A stretch of DNA of 64,000 nucleotides from Eledone cirrhosa (GCA_964016885.1 OZ024748.1:50840001-50904000); one strand, 5' to 3'; numbered from the stretch's first letter, positions 27,492-41,839 are shown. Notes: generated from the letters alone by a model not told the origin. Translations and numbers: made by a program.

Positions 27492-28122
27492 CGTTGAAAT
27501 TATTATTTTGAACTTTTCGTATTGTTTCTGTAATGTTTTAGCTCTATGCTGGCCTTCAATGAGCAGACATATGGTCAAAGATGCTTCAGTCGTAATATCC
27601 CATTAGTCTTCATACGTCAAGGAATACATTTCTCATGTTGCTTGTGCTTTTGACTATTTTTCTTCTTTGCAGACATTACTGCGGTCACTATTTTGTCTTT
27701 TAATTTTACTACAATGCATTTCTCCAATATGCAGTTCATTTTTAAGATCATAATAAATTGAGATTAAGGGATTCCTTATTGATTTATACGCCCCACACAC
27801 CATTTTTCGGTTTTCTATACATGCATCTATATGACGGAAAGTTTAAGATAATGTTTAAAAGGTTGACTATGCTTGTATCAGTAGTTATCGTAATGTTATA
27901 GCTTATGACCTTGTCACACAGTAACAAACAATTAGGTTGATTTCTTCTCGAATGTTCGCGTAGGAAACGTAATCTACTGGGACTGGCTGTATTCCATTGC
28001 CAATGTCTAAAATGTTAATAGTCACAACAACAGCTCATTGAATAACTAATAGCGGACATCGGATCTTCGTTTGGGAAGCAATGGCATCGAGAGTTGCGAG
28101 AAAACTAAGCGCTAATATGGTA

Positions 28123-28218
<96 letters not shown>

Positions 28219-28349
28219 AAGAAAGAAAGAAAGAGATGGATAGTCAAACAGCTAGATATATAGATAGCATACACATATACAGTATATATATATATGTGTG
28301 TGTGTCTGCGTGTGTGTTGGATCTCTATCGTTTCGGCCAACAAATGCTC

Positions 28350-28632
28350 CAGTTGATTCAATCAACGGAATTGCATGCTAGGGAAACTAATATAATTCCA
28401 CATACACGTATATCATCAGTGTACTACTCGGGGAGATTCAGCGTGGCACAATTTGTGAGAAAGCTGGCTCCTTGAATTACAGGTACCACTCATTTTTACC
28501 AGATGAGTAAACTGAAGATACGTGAAATTAAATGCCTGCCTCAAGATCTCAACGCACAGTCCGGTGGAGAATCGAACTTACGGTCTTATGATCGTGCAAC
28601 CAGCACCCAAACCACCAGGCAACGCGTTGTCA
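28350..28632 (-). mobile_element. Diverged tRNA-derived SINE
   Basis: Minus strand has A/B-box-like tgcctggtgg and gttcgattc, and a body similar to 18112-18420. Confidence 0.65.
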
Positions 28633-28763
28633 CAAAAGACGGCACACTGGTTAATGTATTTTTAGATACATTCTGTTTAAAATGAACATTAAATAAATTG
28701 ATATTCCCGGTGAACTGGATCATATTTAATTTAGATATATAGTCTAGTCTATTTAGGGTTGGT

Positions 28764-29048
28764 GGAGGCACGTGGCCTAGTGGTGAGAGTGTTGGACTTA
28801 CGATCATAATGTCGTGGGCTGGATTCCTGGGCTGCGTGTTGTGTTCTTGAGCAAAACACTTCATTTCACGTTGCTGCAATATACTCAGCTGAAAATGAGT
28901 ACTAGCAATAGGTGGAGGTTTAACCCTGCGATGGACTGGCGTCCTGTCCAGGGAGGAATCTTGTACTCTCAGTCGCTTCACGCCATGAAACCGGGATAAG
29001 CACCGGCCAAATGAGCCTTCTGGCTTAAGACAAACTTTAGACTTTCTT
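28764..29048 (+). mobile_element. SINE family S1, full length
   Basis: A box TGGCCTAGTGG, degenerate B box, Meta-like body, actttag tail. Confidence 0.9.
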
Positions 29049-29534
29049 TTTAGATTTAGAGTTGACTTTGGTGTAAACAGCATAAGTAACGACTTTGAGG
29101 ACGACGACGACAACATCGTAGAGATATACACTGCTATATAGGAAAGTAATGCCAGAAATCCATAGAATCATAGCTTTACATTAACTCGTCACGTCTACTC
29201 AGCATTGAACTCATTAAAATCACTCACCTCTACCGCACATCAACACATACACTTAGAAAAGAGAAAGCAGACACAGACACACAGTCACATACACAGACAC
29301 AGACACATACACACACACATACAGACACATACATACACAGACACATACACACACATTTTACTCAAACACAGCACACACACACACACACGGCACACATACA
29401 TACATACACGTACACCCACCCATACATACATATACACAGCCATGTATGTATAGAGCAACATAACAATCAACTTAATACATACCTACCAATTATCTTACAC
29501 AAACACACACACATCTTAAACACTGGCTATTACA

Positions 29535-30635
29535 CATGCATACATACATACGTACATACATACATACATACTTACGTTACTTAGATACATACATACATAC
29601 TTTCATGCATACATACATACATACATACATACGTACATACATACATACTTACGTTAATTAGATACATACATACATACTTTCATGCATACGTATATATATA
29701 TACATACATACATATATACATACATACATACATACATACATACATACATACATACGTACATACTTTCGTTACTTAGATACATACATACATACATATTTTC
29801 ATGTATACATATATGCATACATAAGTTACATACATACATACATACATACATATATACGTACATATATACATACATATATAAATACATACATACATATATA
29901 AATACATATATATATATAAATTCATACAAATATTGGAAATCACTTATGTACGTGAAAAATAAAGCACATTCATAGGTGGACATACGTACACATACACGCA
30001 TACGTACATTTACATACGCATATACACATACGTACATACACATAAGCACATACACATACACATACGTACATAAACATACGCATATACACATACGCATACA
30101 TATACATACGCACATACACACGCGCATATACATCATACGCACATACGCATATACACATACGCATACATACACATACGCATATACACATACGCATTAATAC
30201 GCATACGCACATACACATATACACATACGTACATACACAACGCATATACACATATGCATACACGCACATACACATATGCATATACACATACACATATACG
30301 TACATACACATACTCATACACACACATACGCATATACACATACGCATACACACACATACGCATATACACATACGCATATACACATACGCATATACACATA
30401 CGTGCATACACATACGCATATACACATACGTGCATACACATACGCATATACACATACGCACGCACACATACACATATACACATACGTATACATACACATA
30501 CGCACTTACACATACGCATATACACATACGCACATACACATACGCATATACACATACGTACATACACATACATACATACATACATACACCTACGTATACA
30601 TGCACATACGCACACACACATACGCATACACACAT
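29535..30635. repeat. (CATA)n and 14-bp (CACATACGCATATA)n compound repeat
   Basis: Direct inspection. Confidence 0.95.
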
Positions 30636-30796
30636 GGTATTCAGATTCTCACAAATTTTGTTAATCACATTCGCACACACGGGACTACATACACACTCTC
30701 ATATTAGCATACGTACAATAATAGCGATTCAATAGCTTGGCACAATCAATACCGTTTTAAATCAGCTTTAGTAACATGTAATTTGAATAAAATGAA

Positions 30797-31712
30797 GTAC
30801 AACTACAACAACTACTACAACAACAGCTACAACAGCTACTACTACAACAGCTACAACAGCTACTACTACAACAGCTACTACTACAACAACAGCTACAACA
30901 GCTACTACTACAACAGCTACTACTACTACAACAACAGCTACAACAGCTACTACTACAACAGCTACTACTACAACAGCTACAACAGCTACAACTACAACAG
31001 CTACTACTACAACAGCTACAACAGCTACTACTACAACAGCTACTACAACTACATTAACTACAACAGCTACAACAGCTACAACAGCTACTACTACTACAAC
31101 AGCTACAACAGCTACTACTACAACAGCTACTACTACAACAGCTACAACAGCTACTACTACAACAGCTACTACTACTACAACAGCTACAACAGCTACAACT
31201 ACTACAACAGCTACTACTACAACATCTACTACTACAACAACTACAACAACTACAACTACAACAACTACAACAGCTACTACTACAACAACTACAACTACTA
31301 CAACAACTACAACAACTACGACAACTACAACAGCTACAACAGCTACTACAACAACTACAACAACTACAACTACAACATCTACAACAGCTACAACTACTAC
31401 AACAGCTACTACAACTACGACAACTACAACATCTACAACAGCTACTACTACAACAGCTACAACAACTACTACAACAACAACAACAACAGCTACAACAGCT
31501 ACTACAACTACTACAACAACTACGACAACTACAACATCTACAACAGCTACTACTACAACAGCTACAACAACTACTACAACAACAACAACAACAGCTACAA
31601 CAGCTACAACAACTACAACAGCTACAACTACTACAACAACAACAACAACAGCTACAACAGCTACAACAAGTACAACAACAAAAATAGAAACAGTAACAAC
31701 AATAACAATAAA
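30797..31712. repeat. Trinucleotide-derived repeat (AAC/TAC/AGC)
   Basis: Explains the YNS-, V/A- and C/S-rich ORFs. Confidence 0.95.
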
Positions 31713-32129
31713 CATCTGTAATAAAGAAAAACAAATTGAAAAAAAAAATTGAACAAAGTATTTTGTAAAAACGTTAAAAATTGTTTTAAATACATATAAA
31801 AAGAAGAAGAAAAACAACTATATCAACAAAAATAAAAGCAACAACAATACTAAACGAGATTCATGAAGACAGACTGCTTTTTTTTATTAAAAAATTAGTT
31901 GGTAATTATTTTATTTTATGCTTTGAAGTTTGTTTTTCTTTTTAAAATGCGGCCGATAGATGGCGTGAGGGTATATGAATGGTGGTGATAGAGGATGTAA
32001 CAGATTGTTGGCAACATGGCGTAACCTTTTCTTGTAGACTGATTGCTTTGTTAATTTTAATGCAACATTCCTAAGCACCGCTTGATTTAACTGCTGTCGT
32101 TGCTGCTGCTGTCACAATTGATTTTTGCT

Positions 32130-32164
<35 letters not shown>

Positions 32165-32166
<2 letters not shown>

Positions 32167-32532
32167 TGCTTTGGCGCATAGAGTTACTTCCCTTTACGGT
32201 CTGAGTTCAAATCCGACCGAGGTTAACTTTGCCTTTCATTCTTACGGGGTCGATAAAATAAAGCACCAGTAACGTACTGGGGTCGATTTAATCGACTTTG
32301 CCCTCTCCCAAAATTATTAGCCTTATGCCTTTACTAGAAATCAGGTGAATTGGCAGTATCGGTAGAGGGTCGGACGCCATGCTTTGCAGCATAGTTACGT
32401 CCCTTTACGGACTGAGTTCAAATCCCGCCGAGGTTGACTTTGCCTTTCATCCTTACGGGGTCGATAAAATAAAGTACCAGTAATGTACTGGGTATTTGCT
32501 GGCCTTGTGCCAAAAGTAGAAACAATTATCAT
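32165..32532 (+). mobile_element. Two tandem SINE S2 copies
   Basis: S2 consensus; second copy full length from about 32344. Confidence 0.9.
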
Positions 32533-32547
32533 TATTTTTAGTAGTAG

Positions 32548-32935
32548 TATTATTATTGTCGTTGTTGTTGTTGTTGTTATTATTATTGCGCGCTGTCACT
32601 GCCATACCGAGCACAGCTCTGTGTGCCTTGGGTAAGTGCAGTTGAGTTTTTGGTGGTGTCGTTTATTTTGTACTCTGCATAAAGATGTTTATATTTGTAA
32701 GACCAAGAATTTTGGTAATTAATCTAACTGTTTCTTTTTTTTTTTTAGCATTCCCAGAGCATCACATACGATAGGTGTTGTTTTTGTTTTCACCATACAC
32801 ATTCAGGTTATTTCTATCTCTAGATTTTTATATTTAGATAATCTCTCCATTTCCTTGGTAGATATATTGTCGTTGTCGTACGTTAGGATTGATACAGCAA
32901 TCAGAAGACATTTGTTTTATTTTTTGGTCTTTGTC
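32548..32935 (-). mobile_element. 3' end of an R4/Dong-like non-LTR retrotransposon (restriction-like endonuclease relic)
   Basis: Minus strand reads KCLLIAVSILTYDNDNISTKEMERLSKYKNLEIEIT*MCMVKTKTTPIVCDALGMLKK, matching the IDV...K..KY.DL...PI..GALG pattern; ends in an AAT/AAC tail. Confidence 0.75.
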
Positions 32936-33145
32936 TAAGAGAGAGAGAGAGAGAGGTGGGGGGCATACAGATAGACAAGGAGGGAAGGAGGAAGGAGGGA
33001 GTTGCCAGAGAGAGTGAGAAAGAGAATTATAAACATAGATATATCACACGCACATATTCGCACATGGGCAAAACATTGCTAAACATGTCAACACGTTCAT
33101 ACAAGTCTAATATGAAACGAGTCAATACCGCCACACACTTTATTC

Positions 33146-33335
33146 GGTGAATTGGCAGTATCGGTAAAGGGTCGGACGCCATGCTATCCAGCATAGTTAC
33201 GTCCCTTTATGGTCTGAGTTCAAATCCCGTCGAGGTTAACTTTGCCTTTCATCCTTACGGGGTCGATAAAATAAAGTACCAGTAATGAGCTGGGTAATTG
33301 CTGGCCTTGTGCCCAAAGTAGAAACAATTATTATC
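33146..33335 (+). mobile_element. SINE S2, full length
   Basis: S2 consensus. Confidence 0.9.
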
Positions 33336-33996
33336 AATTTACTGGATCACCATAGCTAGTAACCTCAATGCAAGCTCCACCTATTCCGCTAAAATATTTC
33401 CACACTCACCCATATGACCGTCACCTATATCACCATTATAACAATCACAAAGAACATCGTCATCGTTAACAAATTAATCACCTCCTGTATAATAAGGTCA
33501 CCATCATCAACGCGCCTGAAATACCACCAAACACAAAACCGTGACATCAACCATTCACTCTCTAACACTAAAACAACCATGTTAATCACAGCCATCCCTG
33601 TACAGCATTGCTAACATGATGATGGTCGTAATACCCAACACTAACAGACACTAATCAAGAACTCTACTACCTCCACCAATTCCACTACCAGCAGACACAT
33701 CAAAACTATCAACATCAGCCCACTAGGAACTCTACTAATGAATTCAACTCCATAAACACTACTACCACCAATAAAGCAAACATTCATCACCCCAACCACT
33801 ATCTTAATAACCATTACTACAAGCACAATGACTAACACCACTGCAAATAATATCACTATCAACAACATAAACCCCATCTTCACACATCCACACACATACA
33901 AATACAAACACACAAATAAACAAACATGCATGCACACATACACACACATGTCACTGACTCGTTTTGCCCTCCCTGAAGTGTAGTGCTGTCACTCAC

Positions 33997-34017
33997 TTTG
34001 TCACCATTAACATCCAT
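33997..34017 (-). CDS. Candidate first coding exon (MDVNGDK) of an unidentified minus-strand gene
   Basis: Strong Kozak context aagATGG, 7 codons, then donor AAA|GTGAGT; lies about 35 nt downstream of a YY1/CCAAT/ETS cluster. No downstream exon confidently found. Confidence 0.5.
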
Positions 34018-34050
34018 CTTAGCTGATTATATGCTTTGAGTGAGCAAATT

Positions 34051-34103
34051 CAAGATGGCGGAGGTCGATTGGTCGGTCGGACGGAAGCGGAAACAGGCGG
34101 GGG
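34051..34103 (-). promoter_or_regulatory. CpG-rich housekeeping-type promoter: YY1, CCAAT, tandem ETS, GC box
   Basis: CAAGATGGCGG 34051-61, ATTGG 34068-72, CGGAAGCGGAAA 34082-93, GGCGGGGG 34096-103, all within about 55 bp. Confidence 0.6.
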
Positions 34104-35024
34104 TGACATGATATCATGGTGACGTTGTGCATTGAGATGAGAGGAGAACAGGAGGAAGAGGTCTAATTTCCCACACATCTGGTGTGAGTCGTTTACAAAA
34201 TAATTAAAAAAAAGCTGTTTTTTAATCCGTAAAAAAAGGAAAAAGACTATAAAAAGTGGTGGCGTTGTTGGTGGTGGTAAAAGTGGTGTGGTTGAAAAGA
34301 CTAAAAAATAATTAATCCCTCTGCCTCTATATCTCTCTGTCTCAGTCCCCCCTCTCCCTTTTTTTCTATCTCTCTCTCTCTCGCTTTCTTTCCCCCTCTC
34401 TCTCTCTTTCTCTCTCTCTCTCTTTTACTCTATCTCCCGTTAATTCCACTAAAAAGTGTTCAATAGTTAACAAACCAAACGAGGCAGGGTACGGCAAAAT
34501 TGTGAGAAATGTGGTTGGGAGTAGAAAATGATTGCAATGATTGGTGTTAACCATGGTAGTCGGATAGTGGCTGTAATGAAAATGGTTTAGCTTATCTAGT
34601 TTGGTAGACGTGATCGGCTGGTCAAATTATTGATGATAACAGGATAGAATTTAATACATGTTTCCAATTTAGGTAAAAACTGTCCCAAACGTTAGGAAAA
34701 GGAACGAAGAAAATCATCAAAGTAAAATGGGACAGATTTCCAGCCATACATGCTAAGTGAATCACACACAAAATTTAAAGTATCTGGTAGCAAATGTTTA
34801 AACAGAAATAGATTGCGCTTGCACGATTTTTGCATTGTTACTTCGCACAAACTGAAAGCCTTATCTTCTTACTAAGTAAAGAAACTGAGCTAACTTGCTG
34901 ACTAACTTGCTTCTCTGTTCTGAATAGAGTTTCAGATTGTCTAATATTATTCTGATATTTAAAAAGCAGGGAATTTCTGCAGATAGGAGAGTTCTGCATG
35001 CATTATTATTATTATTATTGGGGT

Positions 35025-35655
35025 GGCGGATTGGCAGTATCGGTAGGGGGTCGGACGCCATGCTTTCCAGCATAGTTACGTTTCTTTATGATCTGAGTTC
35101 AAATCCCGCCGAGGTTAACTTTGCCTTTCATCCTTACGGGGTCGATAAAATAAAGTACCAGTAATGCACTGGAATAATTGCTGGCCTTGTGTCTAAAGTA
35201 GAAACAATTATTATTATTATTATTATTATTGTTTATTCGCTCAGCTTCTAACTACATGCTATGTAGAGCGTCGGACAACATGCTTTGTGGCATAGATTTA
35301 CAATCCTTTACGGTCTGAGTTCAAATCCTGACGACGGGGTCAGCGGTGGCCTTCATCTTTACGAGGTCAATAAAATAAAATACCAGTAACGCACTAGGGT
35401 CAATTTAATTTTTCTCCTCCACTGAAATTGTGGGCCTTGTGCCTAAATCAGAAACCATTATTATTATCATGGCAGTATCGGTAGAGGGTCGGACGCCATG
35501 CTTTGACGCATAGAGTTACGGCCCTTGCCATTTTGAGTTCAAATCCCGCCGCGGTTAACTTTGGCTTTCATCCTTATGGGGTCGATAAAATAAAGTACCA
35601 GTAATACACTGGGTATTTGCTGGCCTTGTGCCAAAAGTAGAAACAATTATTATTA
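35025..35655 (+). mobile_element. Three tandem SINE S2 copies
   Basis: S2 consensus separated by (ATT)n tails. Confidence 0.9.
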
Positions 35656-36238
35656 TTGTTGTTGTTGTTGTTGTTGTTGTTGTCTTTTTTCGGCCCTAGT
35701 GCCCAATGAAGAAAGAATTACAATTATTGTTATTTCTATTATTAGTGTTTTTAATATTTGTAGAAAAGTTTTTATTTCAATATACAATTATTTCTGATAC
35801 CATGAACAGTATTATTATTATCAGTGCTATTGTCATTATCTTTATCTTCATTACATTCACTAACCCTTACATAATTACACACTTTTTGTTGTGTTCATGT
35901 GTTCGTGTTCTTGTTGTTGTAGTTGAGGATCGTAGTGGTTTCCTCGTTTAATCTGCATAATTTAAGCGTCATTCCCCATGCAAATTTGGCCAACATAATT
36001 GGTAAATCATAGTTCTGTAATTTAAGTGGCAGAAATATCAGAGCTAATGTGTCTAGGTGACGCACGTTGTTTCTGGTGGGTATATTTGTTTGTTTTATTG
36101 TGTTCTTTTCTTGTTATTTTGCTTCTGTCATCCCATCTCTTCCCACTGTTGCAACAATATATACAAAGCAATACTCCGAACCGCCTCACAAACCTACCTC
36201 ATCCCTTCAACACTATACAGATATTAGATAGATAATTT

Positions 36239-36564
36239 TCTTTTTATTTGCCACCAGGGTATCACAAAGTGGGACAAGTAGAATGGGGGGAGTTTACATA
36301 ACAAGGCGTCCTCAATAGGGAGGAGGCAATAACAAAATATAAAAATAAAATAAAATATAACAAGATAAAATTTATAACAAAATCCTCAATAGAGAGGAGG
36401 CGCCTTGGGGGGTCGCACACACCCCCGAAAAAAGTGTACAACCCTTCTCCTCAGGAGCACAGAGAAGGGGTGCTCCCTTGGTCTTTCATCTTCCTCACCT
36501 ATAGTCTGATGTTGAGTGAAGGCCCATTCACACGGGCCATTCTCGCCACTTTCACCCATCTTTC
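36239..36564 (-). mobile_element. 5'-truncated LINE 3' end, probably L1/Tx1-like
   Basis: Minus strand ERWVKVARMARVNGPSLNIRL* (36564-36499), then UTR-like sequence and A-rich tail; family assignment from recollection only. Confidence 0.4.
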
Positions 36565-36707
36565 ATACATAGATAGATTTACAATGTTTCACAAGGTCTT
36601 CATTGCCAATAACAACAGACCATGTTCCTCCGAAAGGCCGCGTACAAACCACGCAATTTTTTGTTTCTCAATAAGCAAGCTCAATAAACATTATCTAGAG
36701 CCATAAT

Positions 36708-36996
36708 AACCAAATGAAAAAAGATATATATATATAGAGAGAGAGAGAAAGAACCATATATCGCATAAGAAACGCAGTATATTGTAATATATACAAAATA
36801 CATATTCTACAGAAGACTATGTACAAAGGTGGAATCGTGAAAGAAATCTTATAGCACTGTAAGGTTTCTCTTATGATTCCACCTGTGTACATATTCTTCT
36901 ATCGAATATGCATGGTATATACACAATATATTCTGTTTCGTATGCGATATATGAATTTCTTCTCTCTCTATAAACATACATCTTTTTCATTTGGTT
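36708..36996. repeat. Diverged palindrome (arms about 140 bp, 2-nt loop), MITE-like or old fold-back
   Basis: aaccaaatgaaaaaagat...gaaatcttatag-ca-ctgtaaggtttc...atctttttcatttggtt. Confidence 0.8.
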
Positions 36997-36997
36997 T

Positions 36998-37029
<32 letters not shown>

Positions 37030-37118
37030 CATATATATATGTGGTTAATACAAAATGAAATCCAAAGTTGTTATTCTAATTCCAGCTTTAATTTCTACAA
37101 TTGTTTATATATGATATA

Positions 37119-37161
<43 letters not shown>

Positions 37162-37310
37162 TCTCTATATATATATTGTATATATATATTTTCTCTCTAT
37201 ATATATATTGTATATATATATATTGTATATATATATATATATATATATTCTCTCTATATATATATTGTATATATATATTTTCTCTCTCTATATATATTGT
37301 ATATATATAT

Positions 37311-37363
<53 letters not shown>

Positions 37364-37446
37364 ATAATAATAAATTTGAAGACTAAAATCCAAAGAGGGC
37401 TCGATAAGGATAAATATATATCAAATATATATGAACCGTAGAGCTA

Positions 37447-37584
37447 ATATTTATTAAAATAACAGATTAAAGATTAAGCAAAGAATCGCTGCTTTCACCC
37501 TTAACGGGATCTTTTGAATTTTCTGAAGATCCCGTTAAGTGTGAAAGCAGCGATTCTTTGCTTAAACTTTAATCTGTTATTTTA

Positions 37585-37592
<8 letters not shown>
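37447..37592. mobile_element. Fold-back palindrome (67 bp arms) centred on a hammerhead-like core
   Basis: 37447-37513 versus 37526-37592; CUGAAGA at 37523-29, then U-CCC/guuaa/G(G/U)G-U-GAAAG; cleavage triplet not intact. Confidence 0.8.
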
Positions 37593-37621
<29 letters not shown>

Positions 37622-37819
37622 TGTAATAAACAACATAAGGCAATTATTTCATTTACCAGTGGTTTCTTAAAAGCAAAAACATTTTGCTTTCAATCATCAG
37701 AATGAAAAAATCCTGGCGTATTTATTAACTTGGATTTTAAAAACAAAAATTAAGCTCTGTTACCTACATAGAGCACTCTTTTTTTCCTGGACTTTTCCGA
37801 CGGAATTACTTCATTCATT

Positions 37820-37857
<38 letters not shown>

Positions 37858-38118
37858 GACTCTTTCGAGAACTGTTTTCATAAACCAATCCTATTTCCCG
37901 AGGGTGACTTGGATTCGAATAAATTCCGCCCACTGAATATTCTGCACTAATTTTCGAGTTGATTCTTGGAGAAAGAGTGACCTTGTTTCAGGACGATACC
38001 AACTTCCTTGCTTTTTATATCACTATATCTGTATATACCTCGATGTCTGTATGTATGTATTTATGGACAGAAAGTATACACGATTATAGTCATTCTCATA
38101 CACTCACTCACTGTCATT

Positions 38119-38188
<70 letters not shown>

Positions 38189-38291
38189 TCTATCTATCTA
38201 TATATATATATACATATATATATATGCATATACATATATACATACATATATATATAGCGATATGTTTATATCATATATATATATATATATA

Positions 38292-38326
<35 letters not shown>

Positions 38327-38471
38327 ATCTACTCACTAGATACATAGACACAGTCAAAGCTTTATTGACTTGCGATTCATATGTAAATATTTAGAAAGGT
38401 ACACTGTTAAATATATAGAAAAACAGATGTGTGTTATAGGAGATCGATAAAACCTTGAATCAGCAATATGC

Positions 38472-38550
<79 letters not shown>

Positions 38551-38632
38551 TAAATACATACATACATACATACATATACATACATACATACATACATATA
38601 TAAATATATATACATACATACATATATATATA

Positions 38633-38694
<62 letters not shown>

Positions 38695-40349
38695 ATAGAT
38701 AGATAGATAGTTAGATAGATGGATGGATAGATACGTCGTGTGATAAAGAATATGTATGTGATTTAGTGAGAAATATTGAAAGAGAATAATATATTCTATG
38801 ATTGCCTATAAAGCTGATTTGTCGACTATTTTTGAAGTGATAACTGCCGATATATGGTTATTGGTAAAGAAAGTAACGTTTTTCCTTCAACTGCAAAAAC
38901 ATTAACCAAGTCATTTTTCTACTTCATTCATATACATTGTATATTATGTTGCTATATTCTGTTCTAATCTACTTGTTACTCTCTTTTTCTTGACCATCTA
39001 TCTTCGTTTTTATTACGTTTACTGTTTTGAACATTCTTATAGATATTTATTTAGCTTTTTCAATGAAAAAAAAAAATTGTGCCTATGTATTTATCACGGG
39101 AATAGGCTGGTGGATTATCTGACTATTTAGTAGTAGCGGGACAATGATTGTGGTATTTAGTTTGGTACTTCACTCATGTTCTGAGTTCAAATCTTGCTGG
39201 GAACAAATTTGTCTTTGTTTCTTTTTGTATATATATTTTTTTCTGTTTGAAGATCTGACGTGTAGTCAAGTAGCGGAATTCGATATACTCGGTTGGTAAC
39301 TCAATTAAACTTACTGATCTTGGGATTGTGTTAGAAACAAATATTCCTATCCTTTTATCCAGTCGTAGAGGCCATTGTGATATAAGGCGTTTGTAATGAT
39401 AGCTAATGTCGCCCAAAGGAGAGAAATGGATAGAGAGGAAGTTGGAAATATATATGCAGGAAAAATCGACCCCCGGTACTGGACTAGTTCATTTTACCCA
39501 CATCGAAAAGATGAAAGACAAATGTAAATTAGACTTCGGTGAGATTTGAACTCAGGGCGCAGAGCTAGAATGAATAAAGCAAAGCTTTCTATCTGTCGTT
39601 TTGGCGGTAGATTCATGAGACAAAAGTCGTAATTTGTTGTTCTCCTGTATATTCTAAGTTCAGATCCTGCTGCTGTTAACCATGCATTTGCTCATTCTAA
39701 GGACACTGATGGAAATATCATTCGAATGATGGACGTCTGTTTAATAGATTCCAACTCGATATTTCAAATATACTCAAACATACTTAACAAAGTCAATTTA
39801 TACAACGAATTCGTTAATAAATGAAGGAAAAATCCGTTACTTTTAAGTTAGCCTTAACAACATCGCATGATCTGTAATAAATAAAGGACACATTCTTTCA
39901 AGTCATAGGGAAAAAAACATGATGGTCATGAGTGGAGCTCCTTTGATAATAGACCTACTTAAGATGGGGTTAAACAACGACGGAAAAAGAAAGCAACAAC
40001 TTCTTTGTCAAGCACCCCCAAATCACATATTACTCTTTAAACAACGGAGGAGTGCACTAGATATTGTATTTCTATATACATTACATCTCGACAAAAACGG
40101 ATTATGATGATCAGGATAAGATGACTGATCATAGCTCTCCTTAAACAATACCTGCTTGGAGTTAAACAAGCAGCATACGAGTCTTGGTTTATTTTCCCGT
40201 ACCTATCTCGTAGGCCCTGAAATTATCAACGATGAGAACAAACCATTCTTTTCTGACTGACTAAACAATAAAAGAAGAATATGTCCTTCCTTTTACTAAA
40301 TTCGGGAAACTATTAATTAGGCTAGAAACAATATGTTGTGATAGAAAAT

Positions 40350-40705
40350 GTATAGTGGAGAGAGGGAGAGAGTGGGTGAAAGGAGGAGAGACAGCGGAAG
40401 GATGAGTTTGAAAAGGGAGTGGATAGAGTGTGAGGAGAGTCGAGAGTGAGTGCGGAGAGAGAGAGGAGAGAGGGTGGAGAGTGAGAGTGGAGAGAAAGAG
40501 GAGAGAGGGTGGAGAGTGGAGAAAGAGAGGATGGAGAGTGAGAGTGGAGAGATAGAGGAGAGAGGGTGGAGAGTGAGAGTGGAGATAGAGAGGAGAGAGG
40601 GTGGAGAGTGAGAGTGGAGAAAGAGAGGAGAGGGGTGGAGGATGGAGAGAATGTAAAGAGGAGAGAGAATGGAGAAGGATAAGCGAAAAAGAGGAGAGAG
40701 AGGTA
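40350..40705. repeat. GA-rich minisatellite (units about 35 bp)
   Basis: gaggagagagggtggagagtgagagtggaga repeats. Confidence 0.85.
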
Positions 40706-40992
40706 AAGAAAAAATGCCATTTATTGACCAAAGCTTCAAATCGATATAATTTCCAATTTGGAATCATTTAATTTTCGGTATGTCGATAATGCGGTCAATA
40801 AAACCCAAATGTTGCCATAACTTCCTGCCTAGACAAAAGATTTAGGAAACAAGACTGACTGGCATTGTAGCATTCACTTCAGCTCTCGGTCAAATCTTTT
40901 CTATGATGACCATAATGATCTGCCATGCTACGAATCCAGATATAAGGTAAGATAGAGACAAGCAGCCGTCGAGTGTATCCCGAGGATCGGTC

Positions 40993-41450
40993 GGACCTGT
41001 TATTTTTATCTAACACGAATGGACCTGTTATTTTTACCTAAAGACATTTTTTCCAATTCCAACCCGCCCGTACCCTCAATCTATTTTATTCCACATTCTT
41101 TCTTCTGACGAAGGACTGGCGTCCGAAATGTTAAGATCCTCTTCCTGCTATATCAAGCGTTAACCTAATAATATTTTGGGAACGATCGACTTTCGTCGAA
41201 TCGGACCGAGGGAACAATGTTTCCGTTGGTCTTTCCAATTGCTAATACTATCTATCGGTCGCAACTCCAGGTAGAAGGAGCAACGTGAAATAAAGTGTCT
41301 TGCTCACTCTCCACCCTCTCTCCTCTCTCTCTCCGCACTCACTCTCGACTCTCCTCACACTCTATCCACTCCCTTTTCAAAGGACATAACGCATCGCCTG
41401 GTCCCTTTCATATACGGTACCGATTGTGTTGTTATTTCTGTTTACCTTTT
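40993..41450 (+). mobile_element. Family A element (hammerhead 41101-41136) interrupted by an inverted SINE S3
   Basis: UCUU-CUGACGA-A-GGAC/uggc/GUCC-GAAA-UG-UU-AAGA; family A tail is split at about 41170 and resumes at about 41404. Confidence 0.8.
41183..41404 (-). mobile_element. SINE S3, 5'-truncated, containing a templated insertion
   Basis: Reverse complement of about 43098-43248, with an extra segment at 41303-41381. Confidence 0.85.
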
Positions 41451-41836
41451 CAGGTTATAGCTACTGTCGCTCAGAGAGTGGGATTGGCTCAGTGCACAGT
41501 CTTTCCTCACTTTAAAAAATATCTTCACGTACAGGCATTGCTCGATAGAATTGATTAATAATTATTAATAATGTTATATCGTGCAATGGCCATACTCGAT
41601 AACGAGGGGGCAGCCATCATATATATATAAAATGACAAAAGGCTCAAGCATGCCTGTGTGGCTAAAAGATCCGTTTCCCAATCACATTGTAGTTGACGAT
41701 ACCTTCAACAAGTGTCTTCTATAATATCTAATTGATCAGTGATTAGTGAGTGAAATTCGGGAATTTAGTACAAGGTATCTGTGGAAGCCTATATATATAT
41801 ATTTGTAACATTAGCTCCTGCGTTTTCCGGTTTTTG

Positions 41837-41839
<3 letters not shown>

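Noticed and set aside
30768-31817. Tyr/Asn/Ser-, Val/Ala- and Cys/Ser-rich ORFs
   Set aside because: Trinucleotide repeat open in several frames; no unique domain or splice context.
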